From positions 1,631,675 through 1,663,674 of the forward strand of contig OZ245808.1 in the NCBI GenBank assembly GCA_965228285.1: DNA of 32,000 bases. Reading direction: 5' to 3'. Of this stretch, positions 8,540 to 18,821 are shown piece after piece. The notes beneath the pieces were generated by a model, which had not been told where the DNA came from, did not search any database, and worked only from the letters and a program-made list of their open reading frames with translations. The stretch is from Sneathiella sp. (GTDB taxonomy: Bacteria; Pseudomonadota; Alphaproteobacteria; Sneathiellales; Sneathiellaceae). Numbering within the stretch: position 1 is the stretch's first letter; the number at the start of each line of letters is the position of its first letter. The position numbers were made by a program, and so were the translations under genes.

Positions 8540-8543
8540 CACC

Positions 8544-9194
8544 TTAGATTGACTGCAAAGCAGCTTCCATCTCCTGTGTCACAACATCTATGTCCGCCAT
8601 GCCATCGACCTGTTTCAGCACCCCTTTTTTCCGGTAATAGGGAAGCAATGGCGCGGTCTGATCATGGTAGGCTTTTAACCGGGAAACGACCGTCTCCGCA
8701 TTGTCGTCGCTCCGGCGTTTAAATTCCGTCCCGCCGCATTTATCGCAAACACCTTCGACAGCGGGTTTCAGAAAAATATCATGATATCCGGTTCCGCAGG
8801 TAGCGCATGTATAACGTCCTGTAATCCGCTCTACCAGAATATCGTCATCGGTCTTCATCTCAATGACAGCATTTAGCTCCAGGCCTTTTGCCGCCAGCAT
8901 TTCATCCAGAGCCGCAGCCTGCGCTTCGGTTCTGGGAAAGCCATCGAGAATGACCCCGTTTTTACAGTCCGGCTGGTCCAGCCGATCCGAAATTATGCCG
9001 GTCATGATCTCGTCAGAAACCAATTCTCCGCGGTCCATGACCTTCTTTGCTTCAAGCCCGACTTCGGTGCCGGCGGCAACGGCTGCCCGCAGCATATCAC
9101 CGGTTGAAAGCTGAATGAGACCATGCTTGTCCTGGAGCCGCTGGGCCTGTGTCCCCTTGCCGGCTCCGGGCGGACCCAAAAGAATTAATATCAT
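8544..9194 (-). CDS. adk: Adenylate kinase (long form with a Cys4 lid)
   Basis: MILILLGPPGAGKGTQAQRL... contains the P-loop. The lid carries CATCGTGYH...CDKCGG. ATG 9194 overlaps the secY stop (ATGA). Confidence 0.96.
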   Translation of the reverse strand: MILILLGPPGAGKGTQAQRLQDKHGLIQLSTGDMLRAAVAAGTEVGLEAKKVMDRGELVSDEIMTGIISDRLDQPDCKNGVILDGFPRTEAQAAALDEMLAAKGLELNAVIEMKTDDDILVERITGRYTCATCGTGYHDIFLKPAVEGVCDKCGGTEFKRRSDDNAETVVSRLKAYHDQTAPLLPYYRKKGVLKQVDGMADIDVVTQEMEAALQSI

Positions 9195-10537
9195 TTACGT
9201 CGGCCCCCCAGCTTCGACTTCTTGATCAGCCCCTCATACTGATGCGCTACCAAGTGACTTTGCACCTGGGCAACGGTATCCATGGTCACTGAAACCACAA
9301 TCAACAACGACGTACCGCCAAAGTAAAACGGAACCGCCCATTGTGAGACCAGGATTTCCGGCAGAATACAAACCAGGGACAGATAGGCCGCTCCAACCAC
9401 CGTCAACCGGGTCAGGACATAGTCGAGATATTCCGCTGTCCGTTTACCCGGACGAATTCCCGGCACAAAGCCGCCATGCTTTTTCAGATTATCCGCCGTG
9501 TCATCCGGATTGAAGACAACAGCCGTATAGAAGAAACAGAAAAAGACGATCCCCGCAATATATAGCATCATGTAGAGCGGCTGCCCATGCCCGACCATCG
9601 CCGTCAGGGTGTTCAGCCATTCTGGACCGGCGCCAGAACTGAAGCTGGCGACCGTTGTCGGCATCAGCAACAGGGATGACGCGAAGATGGGTGGAATCAC
9701 ACCGGCGGTATTCAGTTTGAGCGGCAGATGGGAATTCTGGCCGCCATAGGTCTTGTTGCCCCGCTGGCGCTTTGGATACTGGATGAGAACCCGGCGCTGC
9801 GCCCGCTCCATGAAGACGATAAAAGCGATAACCGCTACGGACATGACCAGCAGGATCAGGATAACGAGAGTCGACAGAGCCCCTGTCCGCCCCAGCTCCA
9901 ATGTCCCGACCAGAGCGCTTGGCAGTTCCGCAACAATCCCGGCAAAAATGATCAGGGAGATACCGTTTCCGACACCGCGGGCCGTGATTTGCTCACCGAG
10001 CCACATCAGGAAGACTGTACCGCTGACCAACGTGATCACCGTGATCATCCGGAAATGCATCCCGGGATCAATAACGGCAGATTGACCGGTTGACAGGGAC
10101 ATACCTTCCAGCCCGGCCGCAATCCCGTATCCCTGCAAGGCGGCAAGCAGAACGGTTCCGTAGCGGGTATATTGGTTGATTTTCTTACGGCCCTGCTCAC
10201 CTTCTTTTTTCAATTGCGCCATTTTTGGTGAAATTGACGTCATCAACTGCATGATGATCGAAGCCGAGATATAGGGCATGATGTTCAACGCAAAAATCGT
10301 CATGCGGCCAAGGGCACCGCCGGCGAACACATCGAACATGCCCAGAATACCACCGGCATTCTGGGAAAAGACGTCTGCGAGAATGGTGGGATCAACGCCA
10401 GGAATCGGGATATAGGTTCCGATCCGGTAAACCACCAGGGCAAAAAGCGTGAACCACAGCCGCTTCTTGAGCTCCGTCGCCTTCGAAAAGGCGCCAAAGC
10501 TCATCGTAGAAGCCATTTGTTCTGCAGCTGATGCCAT
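9191..10537 (-). CDS. secY: Preprotein translocase subunit SecY
   Basis: 448 aa, polytopic membrane protein. It lies at the end of the spc operon. GGAG sits 9 nt upstream of the ATG. Confidence 0.97.
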   Translation of the reverse strand: MASAAEQMASTMSFGAFSKATELKKRLWFTLFALVVYRIGTYIPIPGVDPTILADVFSQNAGGILGMFDVFAGGALGRMTIFALNIMPYISASIIMQLMTSISPKMAQLKKEGEQGRKKINQYTRYGTVLLAALQGYGIAAGLEGMSLSTGQSAVIDPGMHFRMITVITLVSGTVFLMWLGEQITARGVGNGISLIIFAGIVAELPSALVGTLELGRTGALSTLVILILLVMSVAVIAFIVFMERAQRRVLIQYPKRQRGNKTYGGQNSHLPLKLNTAGVIPPIFASSLLLMPTTVASFSSGAGPEWLNTLTAMVGHGQPLYMMLYIAGIVFFCFFYTAVVFNPDDTADNLKKHGGFVPGIRPGKRTAEYLDYVLTRLTVVGAAYLSLVCILPEILVSQWAVPFYFGGTSLLIVVSVTMDTVAQVQSHLVAHQYEGLIKKSKLGGRRK

Positions 10538-10594
10538 GTAGTTTTACTCCAGATAAGATCAACCGACGCTCAAAATAAAATTGAGCCGGTTCCG

Positions 10595-11074
10595 TTACTC
10601 GCTTTTTGCAGCCTCGGCCCCAATAAAGGTAACCTTTCCGCCCGCCTTTTCAACCGCCTCGACAGCCGCTTTAGACGCACCGGAGACTTCGAAAGACACT
10701 TTTGTCTTAAGTTCGCCCTTCGCTAATAAACGAACGCCATCAACGACTTTACCGACAACACCGGCTTCCTGAAGCATGGCAATTGTGACGGTTTCCTTGG
10801 TATTCAATTTTTTGGCATCAATGGCTTCCTGAACCCGACCAAGGTTGGCAACGGCAAATTCCTTGCGGAAAATATTGTTGAAACCCCGTTTCGGCAACCG
10901 CCGATGGATCGGCATCTGACCGCCTTCAAAGCCTTTGATGGCAACCCCGGAGCGCGCCTTCTGCCCCTTTTGGCCTGAACCGGAAGTTTTGCCTTTTCCG
11001 GAACCGATACCGCGCCCGACCCGCATCCGGTTTTTTGTGGCGCCTTTGTTATCGGCTAGTTGATTTAAACGCAT
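10595..11074 (-). CDS. rplO: 50S ribosomal protein L15
   Basis: [43 protein letters not shown]...; 159 aa. Confidence 0.97.
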   Translation of the reverse strand: MRLNQLADNKGATKNRMRVGRGIGSGKGKTSGSGQKGQKARSGVAIKGFEGGQMPIHRRLPKRGFNNIFRKEFAVANLGRVQEAIDAKKLNTKETVTIAMLQEAGVVGKVVDGVRLLAKGELKTKVSFEVSGASKAAVEAVEKAGGKVTFIGAEAAKSE

Positions 11075-11107
11075 GTTCGTATTCCTTGACTGAGACAGGT
11101 GAAAGCC

Positions 11108-11296
11108 TTAGCTGGCTTCTTCAACCCGAACCAAATGATGTACTTTGTTGATCATGCCGCGAATTGACGGCGTGTCTTCAAGCTCAACAGTGCGATGCAT
11201 CTTGTTCAGGCCCATGCCAACAAGGGTCGCCCGTTGCGATTTATGCCGTCCGATCGGACTTCCCGTCTGGGTAACCTTAATCAATGCCTTAGCCAT
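11108..11296 (-). CDS. rpmD: 50S ribosomal protein L30
   Basis: From ATG 11296 the sequence is [33 protein letters not shown]... (62 aa). It overlaps the 3' end of rpsE by 8 nt. The ORF-track extension to 11371 lies inside rpsE. Confidence 0.93.
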   Translation of the reverse strand: MAKALIKVTQTGSPIGRHKSQRATLVGMGLNKMHRTVELEDTPSIRGMINKVHHLVRVEEAS

Positions 11297-11840
11297 CGAC
11301 TTTTTCCTTTCCAGCATCAGCGGAGCGGCGACCGACAATCTCGGAAACCTTTTTGCCACGCTTGGCGGCAACCATCCGCGGAGAGTTCATGGCTTTCAGC
11401 GCCTCAAAGGTTGCCTTGACCATGTTATAAGGGTTTGATGTTCCGATAGATTTGGTCACAACATCCTGCACACCGAGTGTTTCAAAGACAGCACGCATTG
11501 GGCCACCCGCGATAATACCGGTACCCGCGGGAGCTGCCCTCAAGACAACGCGGCCAGCGCCAAAGCGACCGTCCACATCGTGATGCAGGGTCCGACCTTC
11601 CCGCAAGGGAACGCGAACCATGTTGCGTTTTGCCGCTTCCGTCGCCTTACGAATGGCTTCCGGAACCTCACGGGCTTTACCATGTCCATAGCCGACACGG
11701 CCTTTCTGGTCACCGGCGACAACCAGGGCGGCGAAGCCAAAGCGACGGCCACCCTTTACAACTTTCGCCACACGGTTGATGTGAACCAGTTTATCGACGA
11801 ATTCTGAATCGCCTTTTTCGTTTTGATCAGGTCTCAACAT
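11289..11840 (-). CDS. rpsE: 30S ribosomal protein S5
   Basis: ...[48 protein letters not shown]...; 183 aa. AGGGGA sits 7 nt upstream of the ATG. Confidence 0.97.
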   Translation of the reverse strand: MLRPDQNEKGDSEFVDKLVHINRVAKVVKGGRRFGFAALVVAGDQKGRVGYGHGKAREVPEAIRKATEAAKRNMVRVPLREGRTLHHDVDGRFGAGRVVLRAAPAGTGIIAGGPMRAVFETLGVQDVVTKSIGTSNPYNMVKATFEALKAMNSPRMVAAKRGKKVSEIVGRRSADAGKEKVDG

Positions 11841-11851
11841 AATTGGTTCCC

Positions 11852-12214
11852 CTAGAAGGACAGTCCGCCCTCACGGGCGGCTTCGGCAAGGGCTTTGACC
11901 CGGCCATGATATTTGTACGCACCGCGGTCAAACGCGACTTCCTTGACGCCCGCCTTGATGGCTCGCTCAGCAATAAGTTTGCCAACGGCCGATGCCGCAT
12001 CAACATTTCCACCGCTTTTAAGCGACCCGCGCAGATCTTTTTCCAGGCTGGAAGCTGCTGCAAGGGTCTTCCCTGCGGCATCATCAATAACCTGCACATA
12101 AATCTGCTGCAAAGTTCTGTGAACGGACAGCCGAGGCCGGCCTGAAGAGACTTTGCGAAGCTGCGTCCGGTTTCTCCGCCGACGACGGTCGAACAATTCT
12201 TTTGTATTTGCCAT
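11852..12214 (-). CDS. rplR: 50S ribosomal protein L18
   Basis: [45 protein letters not shown]...; 120 aa. Confidence 0.97.
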   Translation of the reverse strand: MANTKELFDRRRRRNRTQLRKVSSGRPRLSVHRTLQQIYVQVIDDAAGKTLAAASSLEKDLRGSLKSGGNVDAASAVGKLIAERAIKAGVKEVAFDRGAYKYHGRVKALAEAAREGGLSF

Positions 12215-12223
12215 TGTCGGTTC

Positions 12224-12757
12224 CTACTTCTTCTTGCCTTCTTTGCGGAAAATGAACTCATCCGCATATTTGACACCTTTGCCCTTGTAAGGCTCAGGTT
12301 TGCGATATGACCGGATAACGGCAGCCACCTGGCCAACCTGCTGTTTATCAGCGCCGGAAATTTCAATATTCGTCTGTGTCGGGCACTTGATGTCAATCCC
12401 GTCCGGGATCGGAAAATCAATGTCGTGACTAAAACCGAGGCTGAGCTTCAGGATCTTCCCTTGCACCGCCGCACGGTAACCGACACCAACAACTTCCAGC
12501 TTCTTGGTAAAGCCTTCAGACACCCCTTCAACCAGGTTGTTCAGCAAAGTCCGCTGAAGTCCCCACATCTGACGGGCGCGAGTGCCTGAGTTACGAGGCT
12601 TGACCCAGATTTTGTCATCTTCGCGGCTAACTTCGACGTCATCTACAAAGGTCATGCTCAGCGCACCCTTGCTGCCTTTGACGGTCACGTTCTTGTCTGC
12701 CAGCTGTACGTCAACGCCAGAAGGGATCGTCACCGGATGTTTTCCAATACGAGACAT
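12224..12757 (-). CDS. rplF: 50S ribosomal protein L6
   Basis: MSRIGKHPVTIPSGVDVQLADKNVTVKGSKG...; 177 aa. Confidence 0.97.
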   Translation of the reverse strand: MSRIGKHPVTIPSGVDVQLADKNVTVKGSKGALSMTFVDDVEVSREDDKIWVKPRNSGTRARQMWGLQRTLLNNLVEGVSEGFTKKLEVVGVGYRAAVQGKILKLSLGFSHDIDFPIPDGIDIKCPTQTNIEISGADKQQVGQVAAVIRSYRKPEPYKGKGVKYADEFIFRKEGKKK

Positions 12758-12765
12758 AATTCCTC

Positions 12766-13164
12766 CTAGTAAACTTCACAAAGCACTTCGCCGCCAACAT
12801 TGGCTTCGCGTGCTTCGCCGTCCGACAAAACGCCGTTCGGAGTTGACAGAATGGCGATACCCAGACCGTTCCGCACGGTCGGCAGGTTTTTAACACCAGA
12901 ATAGACACGGCGACCCGGCTTTGAAACCCGGCTCACATGCTCAATCACGGCCTTGCCCTGATAATATTTCAATTCAATTGAAATCTCAGGCTTACCTTTT
13001 TCCGGCTCCGATGTCTCATAGCCACGGATGTAGCCTTCGCGCTTCAGCGCTTCGAGAACATTGGTCCGCAATTTTGATGACGGGCTGGTCACCGTACTTT
13101 TCATGGCCCGTTGGCCATTCCGGATACGAGTGAGCATATCACCGAGAGGATCACTTAAAGACAT
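12766..13164 (-). CDS. rpsH: 30S ribosomal protein S8
   Basis: [20 protein letters not shown]...; 132 aa. Confidence 0.97.
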   Translation of the reverse strand: MSLSDPLGDMLTRIRNGQRAMKSTVTSPSSKLRTNVLEALKREGYIRGYETSEPEKGKPEISIELKYYQGKAVIEHVSRVSKPGRRVYSGVKNLPTVRNGLGIAILSTPNGVLSDGEAREANVGGEVLCEVY

Positions 13165-13176
13165 ATCTAAACCCTC

Positions 13177-13482
13177 CTACCAGCTCGACTTGACCATTCC
13201 CGGGATCTTGCCATTGGACGCCATGTCACGAAGGCCGATACGGGAAAGTTTCAATTTACGGTACACACCCCGGGGGCGACCAGTGAGTTCGCAGCGGTTG
13301 CGAACCCGTGTCCTGGACGAATTCCGAGGCAGTTCAGCCAGCGCAAGACGCGCGGCGAAACGCTCTTCCTGTGGCAGGTTTTCATCTTTGCTGATGGCCT
13401 TTAGCGCAGCTCTTTTGGCGGCATATTTCTCCACCATGCGGCGACGCTTAAGATCTCTCTCAACAGCACTTTTCTTAGCCAT
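13177..13482 (-). CDS. rpsN: 30S ribosomal protein S14 (long form without a Cys zinc motif)
   Basis: [28 protein letters not shown]...GMVKSSW; 101 aa with no CxxC pairs. Confidence 0.97.
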   Translation of the reverse strand: MAKKSAVERDLKRRRMVEKYAAKRAALKAISKDENLPQEERFAARLALAELPRNSSRTRVRNRCELTGRPRGVYRKLKLSRIGLRDMASNGKIPGMVKSSW

Positions 13483-13500
13483 TTCAATTAACTCCTAGGA

Positions 13501-14049
13501 TCAATTAATCTTGAACGGCACGCTGAAGCCAGACAGAAGCTCGCGGGCTTCCTCATCTGTTTTCGCAGTGGTACAGATCACGATATCCATTCCCCGAACA
13601 TCCGTTACGTCATCGTAATGGATCTCCGGAAACACAATTTGCTCTTTCAAGCCCATGGCATAGTTGCCGCGGCCGTCGAAGCTTTTGGGTGATACACCGC
13701 GAAAGTCCCGGACCCGGGGCAGCGCGATATTCACAAGCCGGTCAAGAAACTCATACATCTGGTTCTTGCGCAGCGTTACTTTGGCCCCAATCGGCATGCC
13801 TTCGCGAAGCTTAAAGGTCGCGACGGACTTCTTGGCAATTGTGACAACCGGTTTCTGACCGGAAATCTTGGCCAGCTCAGATTCAACCGATTTGATCTTC
13901 TTAGAATCGGAAACAGCTTCACCACAGCCGACATTGATGACAATTTTTTCCAGCTTCGGAATTTGCATGTCATTGGCGTAAGCAAACTTTTCCTTCATTT
14001 TCGAACGAAGTTCTTCGTTATACAATGTTTTAAGTCTTGGCGTCGTCAT
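13501..14049 (-). CDS. rplE: 50S ribosomal protein L5
   Basis: [45 protein letters not shown]...; 182 aa. Confidence 0.97.
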   Translation of the reverse strand: MTTPRLKTLYNEELRSKMKEKFAYANDMQIPKLEKIVINVGCGEAVSDSKKIKSVESELAKISGQKPVVTIAKKSVATFKLREGMPIGAKVTLRKNQMYEFLDRLVNIALPRVRDFRGVSPKSFDGRGNYAMGLKEQIVFPEIHYDDVTDVRGMDIVICTTAKTDEEARELLSGFSVPFKIN

Positions 14050-14060
14050 CGAAATACCCT

Positions 14061-14384
14061 CTAAATATCAATGACTTCGCCGGAGCGCTTGGCAAAGCGT
14101 ACCTTCCGGCCGTCATCGAGATGTTTGTAACCAACCCGGGTTGCCTTGCCGTCTTTCGGATCCTGCAACGCGATATTGGACAGATGAATCGACGCTTCCT
14201 TGCTGACAATGCCACCTTCTTCGGTTTGGCTCTGCTTGGTATGGCGCTTCACCATATTGATACCTGAAACGATCGCACGGCGATCCTCACGAAGGACGGA
14301 TACAACCTCTCCCGTGCGGCCTTTGTCTTTTCCGGCGAGAACGATGACCTTGTCACCCTTTTTGACGGCGAATTTTTCAGCCAT
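14061..14384 (-). CDS. rplX: 50S ribosomal protein L24
   Basis: [27 protein letters not shown]... contains a KOW motif; 107 aa. The ATG shares one base with the rplN stop (TAATG). Confidence 0.97.
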   Translation of the reverse strand: MAEKFAVKKGDKVIVLAGKDKGRTGEVVSVLREDRRAIVSGINMVKRHTKQSQTEEGGIVSKEASIHLSNIALQDPKDGKATRVGYKHLDDGRKVRFAKRSGEVIDI

Positions 14385-14752
14385 TACAGGACCTCCGGCG
14401 CAAGTGAAATGATTTTCATGTAGTTCCGGTTCCGCAGCTCGCGTGTTACCGGGCCAAAAATACGGGTCCCGACAGGCTCGCCCTGCTTGTTGATCAGAAC
14501 AGCGGCGTTGCTGTCGAAACGAATTGCCGTGCCGTCCGTCCGGCGGATTTCCTTCTTTGTGCGCACGATGACAGCCCGCTGGACATCACCCTTTTTGACA
14601 CGGCCGCGCGGAATGGCTTCTTTCACCGAGACAACAATCACGTCGCCGATGGAAGCGGTTTTCCGTTTTGATCCGCCCAAAACTTTAATGCACTGCACCC
14701 GTCTCGCGCCGGAATTATCGGCGACATCCAGGTTGGTTTGCATTTGAATCAT
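14384..14752 (-). CDS. rplN: 50S ribosomal protein L14
   Basis: [31 protein letters not shown]...; 122 aa. Confidence 0.98.
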   Translation of the reverse strand: MIQMQTNLDVADNSGARRVQCIKVLGGSKRKTASIGDVIVVSVKEAIPRGRVKKGDVQRAVIVRTKKEIRRTDGTAIRFDSNAAVLINKQGEPVGTRIFGPVTRELRNRNYMKIISLAPEVL

Positions 14753-14786
14753 AGTCGTTTACCTTCTTTGGTACTAACAGGCTTCA

Positions 14787-15023
14787 TTAAGCCGCGTCGT
14801 AAAGCACTTCCCAACGTTTCAGTTTTGAATAAGGACGGCATTCCTGAATACGGACAACGTCCCCTTCCTTAAACTGATTTTTCTCGTCATGGGCGTGGTA
14901 CTTTTTTGACTGGCCAATATACTTTTTATACAGCCGATGCATCACCTGACGCTCGACTTTGACAACAACGGTTTGATTGTTCTTGTCGCTTACAACTGTT
15001 CCTTGCAGGATACGCTTTGGCAT
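14787..15023 (-). CDS. rpsQ: 30S ribosomal protein S17
   Basis: [35 protein letters not shown]...; 78 aa. Confidence 0.97.
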   Translation of the reverse strand: MPKRILQGTVVSDKNNQTVVVKVERQVMHRLYKKYIGQSKKYHAHDEKNQFKEGDVVRIQECRPYSKLKRWEVLYDAA

Positions 15024-15035
15024 CGCTCTCTTCTC

Positions 15036-15227
15036 CTATGACGCAGCGTTCGCGGACATCACCGTTTTAATACGGGCGATATCGCGACGGACCTGACGTT
15101 GGCGCGCTGTATTTTCCAATTGTCCACTGGCTTTCTGGAACCGCAAATTAAACTGTTCCTTCTTAAGCTGAAGCAATTCGTCCTTCAACTCATCAGGACT
15201 TTTGCCCAGTAACTCCTGTGCTTTCAT
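15036..15227 (-). CDS. rpmC: 50S ribosomal protein L29
   Basis: From ATG 15227 the sequence is [31 protein letters not shown]... (63 aa). GGGGA sits 6 nt upstream. The ORF track starts at TTG 15233, which overlaps the rplP stop. Confidence 0.95.
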   Translation of the reverse strand: MKAQELLGKSPDELKDELLQLKKEQFNLRFQKASGQLENTARQRQVRRDIARIKTVMSANAAS

Positions 15228-15229
15228 GG

Positions 15230-15649
15230 TCAATCCCCTTCGCCAAGACGGGTGATAAACTTCGTTTTAATCGGCAGCTTCGCCGCCCCTCTTTCGAACG
15301 CCTCTTTGGCAAGTTCGTAGGGCACGCCGTCCAATTCAAACATTACTTTGCCGGGCTGAATACGAACCATCCAGTATTCTGGAGAGCCCTTACCCTTACC
15401 CATGCGAACTTCAGTTGGTTTCTTCGATACCGGAACGTCCGGGAAAATCCGAATAAAGACACGTCCCGCCCGTTTAATATGACGTGTCACCGCCCGACGA
15501 GTTGCCTCAATCTGCCGCGCCGTAATACGACCGGGCTGGACGGCTTTCAAGCCATACGCGCCGAAGTTCAGCGTTGTACCTGAAGTTGCTATTCCCTTCA
15601 AGCGCCCTTTATGCGCTTTACGAAATTTTGTGCGCTTCGGTTGAAGCAT
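15230..15649 (-). CDS. rplP: 50S ribosomal protein L16
   Basis: [19 protein letters not shown]...; 139 aa. Confidence 0.98.
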   Translation of the reverse strand: MLQPKRTKFRKAHKGRLKGIATSGTTLNFGAYGLKAVQPGRITARQIEATRRAVTRHIKRAGRVFIRIFPDVPVSKKPTEVRMGKGKGSPEYWMVRIQPGKVMFELDGVPYELAKEAFERGAAKLPIKTKFITRLGEGD

Positions 15650-15666
15650 AAGATCACCTCTTTACC

Positions 15667-16389
15667 TTAATTGCGACGTCCGCCTGGACGACCTGCTGGA
15701 CGGCCCGCTGGGCGGCCACCGGCTTGCTGCTTTTCCATTAACTTGTCCTGGGCCATCGGATCATGTTCCATGATCTCGCCCTTGTAGATCCACACCTTGA
15801 TCCCGATAATCCCGTAAGTGGTCAGGGCAGATGCGGTTCCATAATCGATATTGGCCCGCAATGTGTGTAATGGAACCCGACCTTCCCGATACCATTCGGT
15901 CCGCGCGATCTCGGCGCCCCCCAAACGGCCGGCACAATTGATCCGAATACCTTCGGCACCAAGGCGCATGGCAGATTGAACCGCCCGCTTCATGGCACGC
16001 CGGTAAGAAACACGGCGGGTCAATTGCTGACCGATATTCTCGGCAACCAGCTTGGCGTCGATCTCCGGCTTGCGGATTTCAACGATATTCAGATGAACAT
16101 CGGAGTTCGTCATCTTGGCAATCGTTGAGCGCAGCTTTTCAATGTCCGCACCCTTCTTACCAATGATCACGCCAGGACGTGCCGAATTGATCGTCACCCG
16201 GGCTTTCTTAGCCGGGCGCTCGATTACGATCTTGCTGACCCCGGCCTGCTCCAGTTCTTTTTCCAAAAAAGCACGGATCCGCACATCTTCATGCAGAAGC
16301 TTTGCGTAATCGTCTTTTGCGTACCACCGGGAATCCCAAGTACGGTTGATCCCGACCCTGAGGCCAATTGGATTTACTTTTTGACCCAT
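15667..16389 (-). CDS. rpsC: 30S ribosomal protein S3
   Basis: [24 protein letters not shown]... contains a KH domain; 240 aa. The C-terminal tail is the repeat [16 protein letters not shown]. The ATG shares one base with the rplV stop. Confidence 0.97.
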   Translation of the reverse strand: MGQKVNPIGLRVGINRTWDSRWYAKDDYAKLLHEDVRIRAFLEKELEQAGVSKIVIERPAKKARVTINSARPGVIIGKKGADIEKLRSTIAKMTNSDVHLNIVEIRKPEIDAKLVAENIGQQLTRRVSYRRAMKRAVQSAMRLGAEGIRINCAGRLGGAEIARTEWYREGRVPLHTLRANIDYGTASALTTYGIIGIKVWIYKGEIMEHDPMAQDKLMEKQQAGGRPAGRPAGRPGGRRN

Positions 16390-16769
16390 TATTCCTGCTC
16401 CTCGCGCTCACGGACAACAATCGTGATATTGCTGAAGGGTTTGTTGATCGGGCTTGACCGCCCCCGTCCCCGTGGACGCATGCGTTTCATGACCAGTGAC
16501 TTCCCGACATAGGCTTCCGCCACGAACAGCTGATCCACATCGAGTTGATGATTATTTTCCGCGTTGGCAATGGCCGACTGCAAAACCTTCTTCACATCGC
16601 GGGCAATGGCACGCTTAGAGAAAGTAAGCTCAGACAACGCGGCTTCAGCCGATTTGCCACGGATCAGACCCGCCACCAGATTGAGTTTCTGAGGGCTGAC
16701 ACGAAGGCGGTTCCCAATGGCCAGGGCCTCGGTATCCGCAAGCTGGCGTTCTAGAGACTGTTTACCCAT
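16389..16769 (-). CDS. rplV: 50S ribosomal protein L22
   Basis: [39 protein letters not shown]...; 126 aa. Confidence 0.97.
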   Translation of the reverse strand: MGKQSLERQLADTEALAIGNRLRVSPQKLNLVAGLIRGKSAEAALSELTFSKRAIARDVKKVLQSAIANAENNHQLDVDQLFVAEAYVGKSLVMKRMRPRGRGRSSPINKPFSNITIVVREREEQE

Positions 16770-16771
16770 AA

Positions 16772-17050
16772 TTAGTTTCTCCGAGCCTTTTTATCAGCCG
16801 CGTGGCCGTAATATGTGCGGGTCGGAGAAAATTCTCCAAATTTATGCCCCACCATATCTTCGTCAACCAGCACGGGAACGAATTTCTGGCCGTTATAAAC
16901 ACCGAACGTCAACCCCACAAACTGCGGAAGAATGGTCGACCGGCGAGACCAGGTCTTGATAACTTGTTTTCTGCCACTTTCACGGGCGGTCTCTGCTTTC
17001 TTGAGCAGATATCCATCCACAAAGGGGCCTTTCCATACAGAACGAGACAT
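16772..17050 (-). CDS. rpsS: 30S ribosomal protein S19
   Basis: [20 protein letters not shown]...; 92 aa. Confidence 0.98.
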   Translation of the reverse strand: MSRSVWKGPFVDGYLLKKAETARESGRKQVIKTWSRRSTILPQFVGLTFGVYNGQKFVPVLVDEDMVGHKFGEFSPTRTYYGHAADKKARRN

Positions 17051-17059
17051 GATGCGCTC

Positions 17060-17896
17060 CTATTTCCTCCGCTTTTGCGGACGGCGCCGCATGATCATTT
17101 TATCCGTCGACTTATTCGACCGTGTCCGCTTACCCTTTGTCGGCATACCCCAAGGGCTAACCGGATGGCGACCCCCGGATGTCCGACCTTCGCCACCACC
17201 ATGGGGATGGTCAACCGGGTTCATGGCAACACCGCGAACCGACGGACGCTTTCCGAGCCAGCGGTTCCGGCCTGCTTTGGCAAGCTTGATATTCTTCTGG
17301 TCCGGATTAGAGACAGCCCCAACAGTCGCCATGCATTCCGCCGGGACAATCCGCTGCTCACCGGATGCCAGCCGAAGCTGCGCATATCCGGCATCCTTAC
17401 CGATCAGCTGGACATAGGTTCCGGCCGCACGCGCGATCTGACCGCCCTTACCCGGCTTCATCTCCACATTATGGATGATGGTACCGACGGGCATGTTTTT
17501 CATCGGCATCGCGTTACCGGGTTTGATATCGACGCTGGTACCCGAAATCACTTTGTCACCGGCAGAAACCCGCTGCGGTGCCAGAATGTAGGCCAATTCG
17601 CCATCATCATACTTAACCAGGGCGATAAATGCAGACCGGTTCGGGTCATACTCAAGCCGCTCAACGGTTCCTGAAACGTCAAACTTTGACCGTTTGAAGT
17701 CAATGACCCGATAGGTGCGCTTATGACCGCCACCACGACGCCGCGCAGTAATCCGGCCGTAATTGTTACGACCACCCTTACTCGACAGTCCTTCTGTCAA
17801 AGTCTTGACCGGTTTTCCCTTATGCAGGTCCGACCGATCAACCAGGATCAGTCCCCGCTGCGAAGGTGTCGTCGGTTTATAGTTTTTCAACGCCAT
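17060..17896 (-). CDS. rplB: 50S ribosomal protein L2
   Basis: [33 protein letters not shown]...[21 protein letters not shown]; 278 aa. Confidence 0.98.
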   Translation of the reverse strand: MALKNYKPTTPSQRGLILVDRSDLHKGKPVKTLTEGLSSKGGRNNYGRITARRRGGGHKRTYRVIDFKRSKFDVSGTVERLEYDPNRSAFIALVKYDDGELAYILAPQRVSAGDKVISGTSVDIKPGNAMPMKNMPVGTIIHNVEMKPGKGGQIARAAGTYVQLIGKDAGYAQLRLASGEQRIVPAECMATVGAVSNPDQKNIKLAKAGRNRWLGKRPSVRGVAMNPVDHPHGGGEGRTSGGRHPVSPWGMPTKGKRTRSNKSTDKMIMRRRPQKRRK

Positions 17897-17898
17897 TA

Positions 17899-18192
17899 TT
17901 AAATCCCCGTCGTCACGTCGATGGCCTGACCCTCAGCAAGGGTAACAATGGCCTTCTTATAGTCTGACCGTTTACCGAGATGACCCCGAAAACGCTTTAC
18001 CTTCCCCTTTGTGCGGTTGGTATTGACGTTCGTCACCTTCACATCAAAAAGCTTTTCGACAGCTTCCCGGATCTGAGGTTTGGTGGCATCCAAGGCAACA
18101 CGAAACGTGACCTGATTAAATTCTGAACCCATCGTAGACTTTTCAGTTACAACCGGACCAAGCAGGACATCATATACATTTTCCTGGTTCAT
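17899..18192 (-). CDS. rplW: 50S ribosomal protein L23
   Basis: [20 protein letters not shown]...; 97 aa. The ATG overlaps the rplD stop (ATGA). Confidence 0.97.
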   Translation of the reverse strand: MNQENVYDVLLGPVVTEKSTMGSEFNQVTFRVALDATKPQIREAVEKLFDVKVTNVNTNRTKGKVKRFRGHLGKRSDYKKAIVTLAEGQAIDVTTGI

Positions 18193-18809
18193 TTCAGTCG
18201 AGCCTCCAGGCTTTCTACTGCGCTTTTTGTCAGCACAAGGACATCACGCCGTAAAATGTCGTAGACATTGGCGCCGTTCGATGTCAGCAAATCCACCCGG
18301 GGCAGATTGCGCGCAGACAAAACAAAGTTCTTGTCCATTTCAGCGCCGTCGACAATCAGAGTTGAATCCCAACCGAGGGATTTGAACTTGCCGGCGATGA
18401 CCTTCGTCTTCACATCTTTGGCCTTCAATTCGTCAACGACAACCAGCTTCCCCTCCGCCTGTTTTGCCGACAGGGCGGTTTTAAGAGCCAGTTTGCGCAC
18501 TTTCTTTGGCAGATCATGCGCATGGCTGCGCACGACAGGACCATGGGCAACCCCACCGCCGCGCTGAATAGGTGCGCGTTTCTGACCTTGACGGGCACGG
18601 CCTGTGCCCTTCTGGTTAAACGGCTTCGCACCTGTCCCGGCAACTTCTGCAACACCCTTGGTTTTATGGGTTCCTGCACGGCGGGACGCCAGCTGATATT
18701 TTACCATTCTTTGAAGCAGATCCGCACGCGGAGCCAGTCCAAAGACCTCGTCGGCCAGCTCAATATCGCCGGCCTTTTTGTTCTCGAGGTTGATTACATT
18801 TACCTTCAT
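18189..18809 (-). CDS. rplD: 50S ribosomal protein L4
   Basis: [25 protein letters not shown]...[30 protein letters not shown]; 206 aa. Confidence 0.97.
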   Translation of the reverse strand: MKVNVINLENKKAGDIELADEVFGLAPRADLLQRMVKYQLASRRAGTHKTKGVAEVAGTGAKPFNQKGTGRARQGQKRAPIQRGGGVAHGPVVRSHAHDLPKKVRKLALKTALSAKQAEGKLVVVDELKAKDVKTKVIAGKFKSLGWDSTLIVDGAEMDKNFVLSARNLPRVDLLTSNGANVYDILRRDVLVLTKSAVESLEARLK

Positions 18810-18821
18810 TCCAACGGTCCC

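Noticed and set aside
8441-8543. I checked whether rpmJ (L36) or infA is hidden between adk and rpsM, as it is between secY and rpsM in other phyla.
   Set aside because: The spacer is 103 nt, which is shorter than rpmJ (about 117 nt including the stop). It has no open frame with the Cys/His-rich L36 pattern. Absence at this position is normal for Alphaproteobacteria.
10563-10589. A hairpin, CCG-(AC)-GCTCAA-AATAAAA-TTGAGC-CGG, lies in the rplO-secY spacer.
   Set aside because: It is not followed by a U tract on the coding strand, and it lies within an obviously co-transcribed operon. It may be a processing or stability element, but I cannot support a specific call.
16802-17674. A 290-aa plus-strand ORF antisense to rpsS and rplB. 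Similar cases are 24947..25732, 7967..8722, 21555..22277 and 26088..26744.
   Set aside because: This ORF is a codon-aligned antisense shadow of a highly expressed gene (16802 and 17894 are both 2 mod 3). I did not check the frames of the other four listed ORFs; I reject them because they too lie antisense to conserved genes. None shows a motif or translation signals.
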